In this document: in pieces, positions 1 through 11,454 of the stretch
Numbering within the stretch: position 1 is the first letter of the stretch
How the letters are laid out: each line of letters begins with the position of its first letter
Assembly (NCBI GenBank): GCA_977862235.1
Contig: OZ374559.1
Span: 1,302,001 to 1,366,000, forward strand
Length of the DNA stretch: 64,000 nt
Source of the DNA: Dudresnaya verticillata
Lineage: Eukaryota
Reading direction: 5' to 3'
The notes under the pieces: model-generated
What the model was told of the DNA's origin: nothing
The model's database searches: none
Seen by the model: the letters and a program-made list of their open reading frames with translations, nothing else
Made by a program: the position numbers and the translations under genes

Positions 1-133
1 GACATGCCGAAAAAGCCTTATCGCGATACTAAATCCAAATGAAGCCATCCGAAACTCTGTTGACAATTGTCGGTACCTGGGAAAAGCTCTGTTAATAGCT
101 GTAGCCTGTGGGCCATCACCCGAACTGAAATCA

Positions 134-1050
134 GATCATCATCATCACAACTTTATTGAAGCAAGACAAAAAGCGGAAAACCCTAGTGACTTAGCCGCTG
201 ATGTCTACTGGAAGGCCTGGACTAAGTGGACATCTTCGATTCACGGCGAGGGCGGTAAGCTGGAGAATGCAGGAAACCAGTGGTGAAACTAACGAATGGT
301 GTTCAGTTGTAGGATTTGTCCCCCGACGGGTGGCCAGGAAAGCAGCGAGCTTCTGAAGTGCAGAACGACATTATTGGCCAATGCCAAGGTGAATGTCAAA
401 GCCCATCGGCTGAAACGTAATAGAATGTGCCGCACAAGCGGTGTGGTACTTGCGATGCTTGTCCCGTTCAGCGACTTGGGCGGCCCCTGCACGAGTTACA
501 GCTTCCTTGGACACAGCGCGAGCAGTAGAGTGAGCAACAATAGTAACGCCATTACCAAGCAATATGCAGGAATCAGAAAAGGAAGGATCATCCAACACCA
601 AGTCCAATCGTCGAAGATCGTCCTGGAAACGAAAAGACAGCTCTCTCGTTACAGAAAGCCCGATAGACGGGTGAAGGAGACGAGAAAAAAGGAGATCCCT
701 AATAGAATTGTGACGACGAGTTGACCCGTGGGCACAGGGACATGTCGAAGCATGATACCCACACGGTCTAGGGAAACCACCGAAATCAGATTTAGATAAA
801 AGTATAACATCACTAGAACTGCCCTGATCTAACATGTCAGAACAATTTCCAAGGTAGGAAGACTTTCTTTTCTCGTCTGACATATGTCTTTGCTCCGGTT
901 CTAATGGCTTGTTTTCTTACGAATGAGTCGGAACGCCTTCGACAGGGTGACGTGTAACATATGTAGCCGAACGCATTTTGTGGAGAACTTAAGGGCATGA
1001 TAGAAAATGCATAGCCGGCCCTCCCAATTCCTGCAACGTCTCATCCAACA
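134..1050 (-). mobile_element. Degenerate 3' fragment of a non-LTR retrotransposon with restriction-like endonuclease (CRE/R2-type)
   Basis: ORF 371..883 has C..GYHASTC..RRHNSIRDLL (Zn knuckle/RHN), RRLDLVL and AERDKHRKY..C..F.P..D..G, typical of RLE domains. The frame continues past one stop to about 191. On the minus strand AATAAA (152-157) is followed by a (GAT)4 tail (135-146). The 5' boundary is approximate. Confidence 0.65.
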
Positions 1051-1916
1051 CGATTAAACCAAAACAACGAAACATTAATATCCAGGTGTTCGACAAAGCG
1101 CCAACATATTTCTGCACTGTCGTAACTTCTCAGCCTTTAGACACGACAAGCTAAGCATATCGTCAGCAGGCTTAAGTTTCAAATCGCTGCTTCAGCACAC
1201 GGCGTTCGTAGCATTAAAACAGGTCATCGAATGTTGGTTTGTTCCCGAGCATACCGTCAGCTTTCCGACAAAACGTCTGGTTGAGGTCCGCAGTTTGGCT
1301 TGTACCACAGCAAACAAGCTTGAAGAATTACGTATAGTCAAAAACAGCTAAGCCAATGTGAGCAGTAAAGTGCAATGTAACAGAATCTGTGACGGTTCCT
1401 GTAATGAACTCGAAAAGAACCATACCGTGTCCATCAGACGTCATCCAAAGCGAAGTCGAGGAGTAGATGAAGTCGATCAAAATCGCTGTGAGCTGGCAGT
1501 TGCTGAGGAATGCGTGCGCTGCTTGCACAATTTGTTTTGAGATGCGAACATTTAAACGAACATTGCAGAATCTATGAATGTGTGCTGCCCAGTACTTTCG
1601 GCGATCCGCGCGTCTTGCCCGGCACTATCGCATACAGTGTACATCTTCCACGCGGAGTGTGGGGTTGAAACCCAACGGTTGAAAGAACAGCTTGGTTTCT
1701 TCAGATCCTTCCGTTTCGAAGGCCTCAATATCGAAACTCGGTGCAGCGCTACTTCTCCCTTTACAACTCACCGTGTCCTTTTTAATAAGCGTTGCAAGGT
1801 TTCATCTCCTTCAGAATATTCATTTGAAGTACTTGAGTACGACTCGAGAGACCAGGTGCCATCGCTTCCGGTTTTTAGGTTCGCATCTTGCCCGAGTCCC
1901 CAAAACGTCTTGAATA

Positions 1917-3893
1917 ATGGCGGCCCGCAAAGTGCAGATCGAGATGGAGAAGGTATTTAAGAAGGTTGATGAGGGGCTCTCCCACTTTGAAGAGCTGTGG
2001 GATAAGGTGTACGACAGCGCTTATCAAGCTCAGCGAGACAAAAATGAGGATGCGCTGAAGAAGGAGCTGAAGAAGCTTCAAAGGCTACGTCAACAGATAA
2101 ATCAGTGGTTGGCGGACAACGCCATCAAGATCAAGACGAAGCTTGTCGACTACCGCAGCAAAATAGAGGAGAAGATGGAGATGTTCAAGGCCAGCGAAAG
2201 AGATTCTAAATTGAAGGCATTTTCCAACGTAGGGCTCATGCAACACAAGATTCATCCTGATGAAAAGGAGAAGGAGGATGCTGAAGAGTGGATAACGGAG
2301 GTTATTTCTCAACTGAAGAAGGAGTACGAAACTGGGGAAGCAGAGCTAGAGGCTTTGAACTCTGTGAAGAAGAAAAAGAAACGGAAAGACAACCGAAACA
2401 CCAGAGCCTCTGAGATGCGCGAGAAACTACAGAGACATGAGCATCATGTTCAAAAGCTTGAACGCGTTTTGCGAGCTCTGCTCAACGGCAATGTCACTCC
2501 TCAACAAATATGGGATGTCAAGGATGGAGTTGAGTATTATCTTGAGAGCAACGAAGACCCAAGCTTTATTGACGATGAAGAGCTGTACGACGAACTCGAC
2601 TTAGAGCCCGTCGATTTCGTGGGATCTCATCGGATGCCTCGACAGAAGAGGGAAAAGGAAGAAGAGCATGAACGTGCAGGCAGCGAAAGCAATTTGGAGA
2701 AAAGAATGAGCTCTCCAGAGCCGGAAAATCTAGAGTCTCGGGACAAGGACGAGATCCGTTCTCCTGCTGTCAAGCGAGAAGCTCCCGAGTGCGAAACGGG
2801 TGCCTTAGGGGATGACGAAATTGGGGAAGACGCTCCAAGGATCTCAGCTCTCAACAGCTTCAAACATGTCCACGAGAAGAAGGGGAGGGCAGGTTCCGAT
2901 TATGCGCAACCTCAAGACTCTCTTGGGAATGCGGCTGTAGTTGGCAGCGTTCCAATCAGGGACATCTCTGAGGATCATGGAGTGAAATCACTGACGGCAG
3001 TTGCGAGTTCTCTTCATACGGTGCGAGAAGGAGGTTCTCCGGTGAGAATTACGGTTCGTGGCCGTGATTGTGGTGAAAGAGCTGTTGACGCATCTAGAGA
3101 CAACCGTGATAACGAAAAGCTAGGTTACAATTCGCAGCGGCCGGAGACGTTCAAGGATGTCGCAGTTATAGAAGTGGGCAATGCGGGTACTGCTGCGAAG
3201 TCTCAGACGGTGAAGGAATTTCACCTTGATAATGAGGACCCTGTTGAGTTTCCTGAGCTGGAACAAAGTGCAAAGCAGAAGCGCATCATGGAACAAGAGG
3301 AACAAGCCGCTCGAGATTTCGATCGGGAACGAATCCGAAGATGCGATCGTATCGTTACGACAATGCCGCGAATCAGCAAGAGGACAGCCGCTGAAGACCT
3401 AGCTAGGCTACAGACGTCATTAGGTTGTCTTCCGGAACCGGAGTTGCGTTATGAGGGACTACCGGAAAGCTCGTCAACTACACCCCGCAAACCAGATGAT
3501 GGTGATGACGCATCTAAGATTATCTTGGAGAACATGAAGTTTCGCCTCCTGGTTCATGGCCCCCGCATATTCCCGAGCTCCGTCCCGGCAACTGAGAGCC
3601 GCGCGAAATTCTTAAAGAAGGTAGATGTAGACGTTCTCTTCTTCATCTTTTACTACCAACAAGAAACAGATGATCAGTTTCTAGCGGCGATCGAACTTAG
3701 GCAGCGCGGATGGAAGTTGCACAAGAGACTGCAGTACTGGTTTCTAAAGAAAGGCGCAGCCGGGGACCTTGAAGCCTATTCATACTTTGACTTCAAAATG
3801 CACCTCGAAGCTGGCCGCGTTTGTGGGTGGTGCGAGAAAAGAGCGGCAGAGTTTGACGCTGAGGAAAATTTCATTCTCTCCGACCTTGTATGA
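1917..3893 (+). CDS. NOT3: CCR4-NOT complex subunit NOT3/NOT5 (CNOT3-like), intronless, 658 aa
   Basis: N-terminal Not3 domain (MAARKVQIEMEKVFKKVDEG..LKKELKKLQRLRQQI..SKLKAFSNVGL) and C-terminal NOT-box (LFFIFYYQQ..QFLAAIELRQRGWKLHKRLQYWF). Confidence 0.93.
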   Translation: MAARKVQIEMEKVFKKVDEGLSHFEELWDKVYDSAYQAQRDKNEDALKKELKKLQRLRQQINQWLADNAIKIKTKLVDYRSKIEEKMEMFKASERDSKLKAFSNVGLMQHKIHPDEKEKEDAEEWITEVISQLKKEYETGEAELEALNSVKKKKKRKDNRNTRASEMREKLQRHEHHVQKLERVLRALLNGNVTPQQIWDVKDGVEYYLESNEDPSFIDDEELYDELDLEPVDFVGSHRMPRQKREKEEEHERAGSESNLEKRMSSPEPENLESRDKDEIRSPAVKREAPECETGALGDDEIGEDAPRISALNSFKHVHEKKGRAGSDYAQPQDSLGNAAVVGSVPIRDISEDHGVKSLTAVASSLHTVREGGSPVRITVRGRDCGERAVDASRDNRDNEKLGYNSQRPETFKDVAVIEVGNAGTAAKSQTVKEFHLDNEDPVEFPELEQSAKQKRIMEQEEQAARDFDRERIRRCDRIVTTMPRISKRTAAEDLARLQTSLGCLPEPELRYEGLPESSSTTPRKPDDGDDASKIILENMKFRLLVHGPRIFPSSVPATESRAKFLKKVDVDVLFFIFYYQQETDDQFLAAIELRQRGWKLHKRLQYWFLKKGAAGDLEAYSYFDFKMHLEAGRVCGWCEKRAAEFDAEENFILSDLV

Positions 3894-4208
3894 AGAAAAC
3901 CCCTCTTGCTGTGCTAGTTGTCTAGAATGACGGAGACCTTTTGGGTGCCTCATGCTAATATTCCCGACCTAACGTTGCCCTAACGTTGCATGAGTTACGT
4001 CACCTTTTCATGCTACTTAGCTGTAGCCCCTTCTAAATGAATGCGAATACTGAATGGGTAAGTTGATAACAAAGGTTCCTATGAGTTCCACGTCTGCTTC
4101 TAGTCCGCCGGTTATACGTCAATAATGTGACGCTGTAGCACCAAAACCTGCAAAAGCAATGTGGTAAGCGCTCAAAACTGTCCGTCCACTTCTATTGTCA
4201 GAGCGGTC

Positions 4209-4789
4209 TGTAACCCCTGGGCGCTCAACACGCGGAAGCGCCCGCAGGCTAATAGCCCCGACGCCCGACCCGCTGCGGCGTCGTGAGGTGAGCTCTGTAC
4301 AGAGTACGGACGCCTGCTGAGTACTCAGCCGACTCGCCGTGCTGATGCTCCGAGTGATGCGCTCTACTGTAGCGTACGCTCACCATGCAGACCCAGCGCA
4401 CATGCGCCGGGCTGCCATGCCTTTCTACATGATTGGCCTGCTGCCAGGTCCTACGACTAAGGCGAGGACCTGGGCGACTTTCCGTCCATCACCGGCGACG
4501 TCGGGATGGCTGGTGCCTGTGGCGGCACTTGTCCATGGCTGTTCGGAACGGAGCTTGCGTACGCAAGTCACATTTACTGTGGGTTGCACAGAGCTGTCCA
4601 GCTGTAGTAGTAATAAAGGCAACCCGCTGGCGTCGAACGACGGCGAGGGCATGCGACCACTGCATCGGACCCGACCAGCGCGGTATACCCATCTACTCGC
4701 CTTCCCCTTTCCGCCTCTATCCTTCACTTTATCTTTTCGTCTTCGCGTACGCGAGACTGTTTCGGACACGGACGTGCCCACTTGTCACA
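4209..4789. mobile_element. Probable solo LTR, 581 bp, 4-bp TSD
   Basis: Starts TGTAAC and ends GTCACA (imperfect inverted termini). Flanked by GGTC at 4205-4208 and 4790-4793. GC-richer than its flanks, with an internal AATAAA. No partner LTR in the window. Confidence 0.55.
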
Positions 4790-7160
4790 GGTCCCGCTGA
4801 ACAATACAGAATCAGTACTGTCCATAGTCCTTCTATAAGATTGTCTTGACTTGCGTCGCGCCTGGTTTAAGCGTTTGTTAATATAAAAACGAATGCAATA
4901 GTGGACAGGGCCATGAATATCTGTCGCTAGCTTTCAGTACCATCTGTTCAAGTAAGCAGAACACGGCTTGTGGTGCTGACTCTGGCCTCGGAGCATAGCA
5001 AAATTTCTCCATCCACGAGTTTGATGTTTGATGAGTGTTAACCTTTGGGTACCCTGAGATGCTCCAGGGAAGTAGAGACAAGCGTTATCGCTGCATGAAA
5101 GTGAGGAATTCTCCTGCAGGGCCTAAGGATGTTCGTTCGTTCGCATTTGACCCTTCGGGAATGTTTCGACGGTGATTGAACGTCTTCGTATCATCTGGCA
5201 GCCGGTCCGGGCTGACGCTTCTCTGCATTGAAAAAGCTCTCGCAAATTCGCTTACCACAGGTGGAACTGCGTCGAGGGTCCCTGAACGGCAGCTGCGCGT
5301 TGCTCTTTGGTTGTTGCGGCGGGCGGACTCGGCGGCAAGGCGTACAGTAGGTCCAGAAAATAAGTGTAAAATCCACTCAGCATCACACGGGATTGGGTGT
5401 GTCTAAAAACATGACCCGCCGTGATCCAGTTTGCTGATATTGGCTCCGGCTCAAGACCATCGCAGAAGCCGCCGCTGCGAATCGAAAATTGCCACCCACG
5501 GCCGGATCGGAGCTCGCACGGCACGACCTTTGCCAGTCCGCCTTCGCCTTCTCAACCGTCGCAACCGCGTCTGCATTTGTCTACGCCCGAGCACCTTTCG
5601 GGTTATGCAGGTTCTATTCGGCCGGCCAGACATTGCATTCGGCCTCTCACGGCGGACCTGGGAAGGCTCAGGATGACGTGGATGTACGGCGGTTTAGCTA
5701 CTAGCTACAACGCAACTGCTCCGTCTTGTGCCCTTTTTTTGCTTCTGACTTAGGTCGCTGCTCTTCGTGTTTTCCGCAAACTGTCTCTTGCAGTGATGCG
5801 CAGGTTGAACTCGTCTACTTCGTGCTTCCAGAGCAGTTCGACGCCTACAAATGCGGTCTTTCGTCGTTCATGATCGGAATGATGACGGAACTCGTGTACC
5901 CCTGTCCCCGAGCTTCGATGTTTGCACCGAGCTTCGATGCTTGCACAAACCTCCAAACAGCATTGAATTTGAAGCGATACGCTGGTGGTGCCCCGATGGT
6001 TGATGAGCAGCCTTGTTTGGCTACTCGGCTTGCAATCTGGTAGAATACTTGGCACCTTATGCATCTCGCCTTGCATCTACCGCAATATGGCAGACCGGAA
6101 TTGGATATCAAACTCATTACAACTCCAAGGTCGCGGCGACACATTCACGCTACTACTGGTATCGTGCCGTACGTGGAACGCCCTATCACTCTCACTGTGG
6201 CTTTCAACCGCTCGTCATGGTCTGCGTCGTTGCCGTGTAGGCACGAGGGTGCCCTCAGTTGTCTCTGGTAGCTTTTGCTCTTTTCGTACTGGTGTGAAAC
6301 GACGTTGTTGTTGCCCCAACTTCTCTCGAAGCTGTCAGATGGGAAGCGTTAGCATATGTTGTCAAGTTGGACCGGGGGGTGGTGCAGTTCTATGGCTCGT
6401 TCTTCTGGAAACAACAGCCGAGCTTGCGCAAGGATTCATTTGCGACATGACGGGAGATGAAGGTTCGGCCAGTACACGTTCCGTATTCTACATGCAATCC
6501 GCTATTCCACGCACAATTGCTTCGCTTTGAAATCGATTTGGATTCGTGCTCATCAACCACTATTCTGATGCCCATGCCGAAACGAGAGGGTTGGTTGCCC
6601 CATTTTTCCAAGATGTTGTTGAGTAGCGGTTGTCTTTCGGTCAATCTTGCAAGGACCTTGCCGAGAAATGGTTCGCCTTTAGCGTCGCACAAGGACTGAT
6701 GTGTTGTCGCATGTTCCGCGCTGTACGTCCTGCACGCCCTGCAGTTCATGCTTTCGTTGCAAGTAGGGATTTTGAGATTTGAGCATGGCGCGTCCTCAAC
6801 GTTGTGCGACGATGTTTAGCGAGTGCTGAGTTGATTGGCCCTCGCTATGCCGCTCCGCCATGTGCCGTGCGCCTGGGTCATGTGTACTGCAGTCCGGTTT
6901 GATGTGAGACGCGGATGGTTAGCGGAGCTGACAAAGGAGGTAGGAGCTGTGTGGTGCTTGACGGGATTGGACATTCCGTTGCGAGACGAATGCGATTCCA
7001 CTGCTGCTTTCTAGAGATTGAAAGGGTACTGCTAATAGGAACGGGGAAGTTTTGAATGGCCGTGTTGAGGTTGTCTGGTGGTTACCATGCCCGGAAGTGG
7101 CTATCTGCATTCCACATAAGCTTGCAATCTGGTTGGCTGCGGACTGAGAGTATGAGCAGG

Positions 7161-7240
7161 CAGATAACGTGAACTGGGTGCAGATAACTTGAACTGGTTG
7201 CAGATAACTTGAACTGGTTGCAGATAACTTGAACTGGTTG
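7161..7240. repeat. Minisatellite, 4 x 20 bp (CAGATAACTTGAACTGGTTG)
   Basis: Three identical copies plus one with two substitutions, read directly. Confidence 0.95.
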
Positions 7241-10200
7241 GTGAATGCCAAAATGGGATCGGGTGTGGAAAGCGAACAGGGCAATGCCTTGTCCCTGGGC
7301 AATTGGGTGCGGTGGCTTCAATGCACGGCAGCATGTAATCAGGACCGGGTAAGCGAAGGGGGATGTGAGAGAAGAACGAGCCTGACAGCACAGCAGAGGA
7401 AATTAAGCGGAGGCGGAGGATTCTGGTGAAGTGATCGTGAAATGGGCTAGTGAAGGGACTACTGGCCATTCAGTTTGATGAGAAGGACTTCTGGCGCAAG
7501 ATGAGTGAGGAAGGCGCATAGTTCACTGGTTGCGGATTTGAGAGAGAAGAGAGCTGTACCATTTGTGATTAGGCTTTGTGTGTGTGTGTGTTCGAGGATG
7601 GCAGGGCAACAACTGGTCAGCAATCCGGGTTTAGTCTGGGTGTGATGAAGGCGAATAGCTGAGTGGAGCGTTGGACGGAATCTTTCCGTCATCTGCAACT
7701 GGTTTGCTAGCGCACCCGCAGCATTATTGCGGTGATAGTCACGAATCAAGGGTGCCGAACTTAATGTTGCTGATAATCACAAATCAAGGGTGCCGAACTT
7801 GTGTGCAACGAGGACGGTTCGGGGATGTATCGTTTACATGCTTGTTGTCATCTGTACCGAAGAACGGATTACAACTCAGGCGCTCCGTCCCGAGAAAACC
7901 GGTCTCTCTAGCGCGATTGCCTTAGAATATGACTATAGAGGACGTCTTCGGTATACGAATGGTACTCAAGCGGCGCGACAGGTGGCAAAGCAGAACAAAC
8001 ACTCTTCTACAAGCTCATGCGGGGGCCAACTCTCCAGCCGGGGACACGGCGGTACGGGACACGGCGGGAGACTTGTTTTCAGATGGAGGCAAAACAGACA
8101 GAAGGTTATAACCCCCATGCGACGGCCAGAATTGCAGTGTATATCTACGTGTGTGATGTCCTTAGGCACGAACGCAGTCTGGGCTTCTTGAGGGCATGCC
8201 AGGCGGCACGCGCATTGTAGGATGGTTGCGTGATTCACGAGGACTGGTCTGTTCTGGAGATGCCGTTGCTCTGACCAATGCAACTCATTGAGGAATCGGA
8301 ACGCTCAAGCTTGTGGAACTGCAGATGTTCGGCCGTCCTTCCATGTCTCCCAGGACGGACTGTGCAACGTTTCGGCGAGATTGAGCTTTGACTTATGGCG
8401 GAGAGGGTAGGCGACTTCGGATCTCGCTCCGTGTACTCAGCACCTCGAAGAATATGCACCAACTTGCTCCGTCCGCAGTTCGCTTCAAGACATGTCTTTT
8501 TGTGTTGTTCGACAGCTCTTGCTCCCACGCCTTCGCATTTTTCCCTCCATCTCGTCTGCACCGGCTGCGATCCTTCTGGTTTGCGCGTAGCGCCGCCCAC
8601 GCTGGCCATCTGGAGCGGTGTTCTTCGAGATCCTGCTAGGCCTTTTTCGGTCAAATAGCCTCCCAGTTCTGGATATCCGGGACCAGAACTGGGAGGGCAG
8701 TCTACTGAAAAAGGCTGCGTTGGCCGAGCTCGCGTCAATTATCCTCGTTCGTGAATACGGTTGTCGCCGTTCCCAGTTCCGAGTCAGAACGCCGGTCAGC
8801 ACAGGTTTCGGCTTCCGAGCAGCTTCCCCCCACAGCACTGCAATTCTGCTCTGAAGGTTGAGAAAGCTCCCTTCGACCAGCATCTGTTTGGCGATCGGCA
8901 AAATACCAGCTTGTGTCAACGCCGATGCCGGGCGCGTTTGACATTGCAAGGCCAATTCAGCACGGCCAGGGCGTCCTTCAATGCTCGTTGTGGGAACTTT
9001 TCGGTGCAGTCGAAAGTGTCTGCACTTATGGCGTCCACTCTTGTCTCGAAGGCGTCGATGGCTGCAGCATTGCAATGCCTTTGTGTGGGTGCGTTAGGAA
9101 TATCTCCCATACCTAAACCCCGATCAGGTCGTACAGATGCGTAGTTCAGTACCAACTCAAAGCGGCTCAGCTTGAGCGAAATTGCACCAATGCGTCGTGG
9201 GGCATGAGTGGTAGCCTCGTTCGTTCTTTCATGGTCGGTGTTTCTGCATGCGTGCGGAAATGTGCTCTAATATGGGTGTGGTCAGATGCGTGTCTCGGGG
9301 TCTTGATTAAGGGCCAGCGTGCGGTTCCGTTCTCTCAGAGATGGGATTTTGTGCAAAGGTACACAGCTCGAAGCCCAAGGCGGGGGAGGTCTTCGGCAGC
9401 GCAACTAGACAGAAAGGTTGGGCGTTCAACCTTTGAGGGGGATTCAGGGAGGCATGAGGAGTTGGCAATTTGGAGGTTTTAGGCGATTGACGGGGCAACG
9501 GCGCTGGTAAGGCAGCCGTTGTGAGTCTGGGACTGCTCGGTATGGAGTTTTGCAAGGGATGGGTGGTGTATGATACTCGTTTCGCATTCGTTTCGTACTG
9601 CCGAAGGGTGTGTGTGTGTGTGTGTGTCGTAACGGGACGAATGCGGGGCAATCTACAGTACGTTAGAAATTCGTGGGCATGAGGCGGGAACATTGGCAGT
9701 CGTTGTCCAACGTATCTGGGGGGTTTAGTTGGTGTGACAGTCTGAGGGTGGGGTGTACTGTGGCGGCACGATGTGGATGAGCAAGGCGTTTTGAACGAGG
9801 GAGTGCACAGGCGGCGCGACGTTGGGGCGACAAGATGTGGAGTGAATGTGTGTCGAGAGGTTTTGCAGGATGGGATATCGAGGAATGGATGAATGCAGCA
9901 TGCAACGGGTAGGCCAGGCGGGGCGAGGTGCGGAAGAGAGTGCGAGTGCGTGACAGCGACGCGGGCAGACAGCTGCGGGTCAGATGTTGAAGGAGACAAA
10001 GGGTGAGTTGAGGCTCGGATGGCGAAGGTGTGATGGACAGGCAGGGACTGGCGTTGGGTGACTCGGGATTATAGGAGCGGGAGTGGTGTTGTTGGATGTT
10101 GCGGATGTGTGGGCTGTTAGCGCTACAGTACCATGTACTGTAGCATGTTGTGCGTAGGGAAGGCGGGAATTGACAGATTGGCAGTGCAGAGCCAAGCCAC

Positions 10201-10309
10201 ACTATTAATTGAACGGCGGCGGCACACTGTTTGGCCGCCGCGGGCCGCCGCATACAGCGGAGGATACAGTGTCATCCGCGGCTGCCGTGAAGGGGCTGCT
10301 TTCGTGCGA

Positions 10310-10803
10310 CAAGACCGAGGCGCGGCACGCCTTTGAATCGGCGCGCGTGGGCGGGCCGTTGCATCGCGCGACATGCCGCGGCGTGCCATTGGGCGGCGCG
10401 CGCTTCTCCGCGGCCGTGGAAGGGGACGCTGCGCCGCGCGCGCGTCACGCCGCCGCGCCACGTGGCGACGCGCCGCGCCGCGCGCCGCCGTTTCCGCGCC
10501 CGCACTGCTGTCATGCCGCGCGCGCCATATGTCCGCGCGCGCGCGCATTGGCCGCCGCGCTTCCACTCTGGCGCCGCACGTGGAACGCGCGTGCCCACAC
10601 CGAACGCGCGCGCGCCTGAACAACCGCGCCGAGCGCCGCTCCGCGCACAGTTCGTTCCAAATTTCACTCCGCCTGCGCTGCCGCCGAGCCCTCCCCCCCC
10701 CCCCCACCCACCCGCCACCCGCACAACACGCCCGCACCTCCTCCGCCCGCCAACCCTCGCACGCACGTACGCGCCCGCACGCACCGCTCCCACCATCGCC
10801 GCC
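10310..10803 (+). promoter_or_regulatory. Extremely GC/CpG-rich upstream region (probable promoter/5' UTR) of the reductase gene
   Basis: Dense CGCG runs and CACGTG boxes directly upstream of GCCGCCATG at 10804. Function is inferred from position only. Confidence 0.35.
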
Positions 10804-11454
10804 ATGTCCGAGTCCCCGCTACTTGTCATCTACGGCGCCACGGGCGCCACCGGTACGCATCTGGTGCAGCACGCGCTCGCGGCCGGCCTGCGCGTGCGCG
10901 CCTTTGTGCGCAGCCCAGACAAGCTGCCCGAGGAGGCCAAGTCCAACCCCAGCTTTTCCGTGCACAAGGGCGACCTGTCCGACGCGGCCGCCGTCGCCGC
11001 CGCGCTCGAGGGCGCCACTTATGCCATCTCCGTCGCGGGCAACGCCCGCCTCTCGGCCGACGGCATCATGCAAAAGTTTGTCGCCGCAGTCGTTGACGGC
11101 ATGAAAACTCACAACGTCACCCGCTTCGTCTTCCAGGCGGGTGCCTTCTCCCACCCCCCGGATTCCGAGCTCTCCGGATCTATCAAGATGATGCGCCCGG
11201 TTCTCATCCGTCTCTTCGGTATCAAGCATATGGTTTTGGACAACGACAATGTTATCGACACCCTCAAGGCCGCCAAGGACATTCAGTGGGCTGTCACCAT
11301 GCCGGCTATGATCAAGGAAGGTGAAAGCAAGGGCAAGCTCAAGCACGCTGAAAAGTCTGGCGCTACCGTCATGTTTACCGACCTTGCAGCCTTCAACCTC
11401 GAGGTCGTCCAGTCAGATCAATACAATGGCAAGGGCCTCTTCCCGGGATATTAG
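10804..11454 (+). CDS. NAD(P)-binding Rossmann-fold flavin reductase / biliverdin reductase B-like protein, 216 aa
   Basis: VIYGATGATG nucleotide-binding motif, RAFVRSPDKL, KGDLSD, WAVTMP. Strong Kozak-like context GCCGCCATG. The upstream in-frame extension to 10333 is low-complexity and not accepted. Confidence 0.88.
   Translation: MSESPLLVIYGATGATGTHLVQHALAAGLRVRAFVRSPDKLPEEAKSNPSFSVHKGDLSDAAAVAAALEGATYAISVAGNARLSADGIMQKFVAAVVDGMKTHNVTRFVFQAGAFSHPPDSELSGSIKMMRPVLIRLFGIKHMVLDNDNVIDTLKAAKDIQWAVTMPAMIKEGESKGKLKHAEKSGATVMFTDLAAFNLEVVQSDQYNGKGLFPGY

Noticed and set aside
5905..5945. GANIEAR ankyrin-like peptide on the minus strand
   Set aside because: Single short match with no TPLH motif or repeat periodicity.
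10333..10803. 157-aa N-terminal extension of the reductase ORF
   Set aside because: Non-ATG start and Arg/Ala/Pro low complexity caused by extreme GC. ATG 10804 has good context and directly precedes the Rossmann motif.
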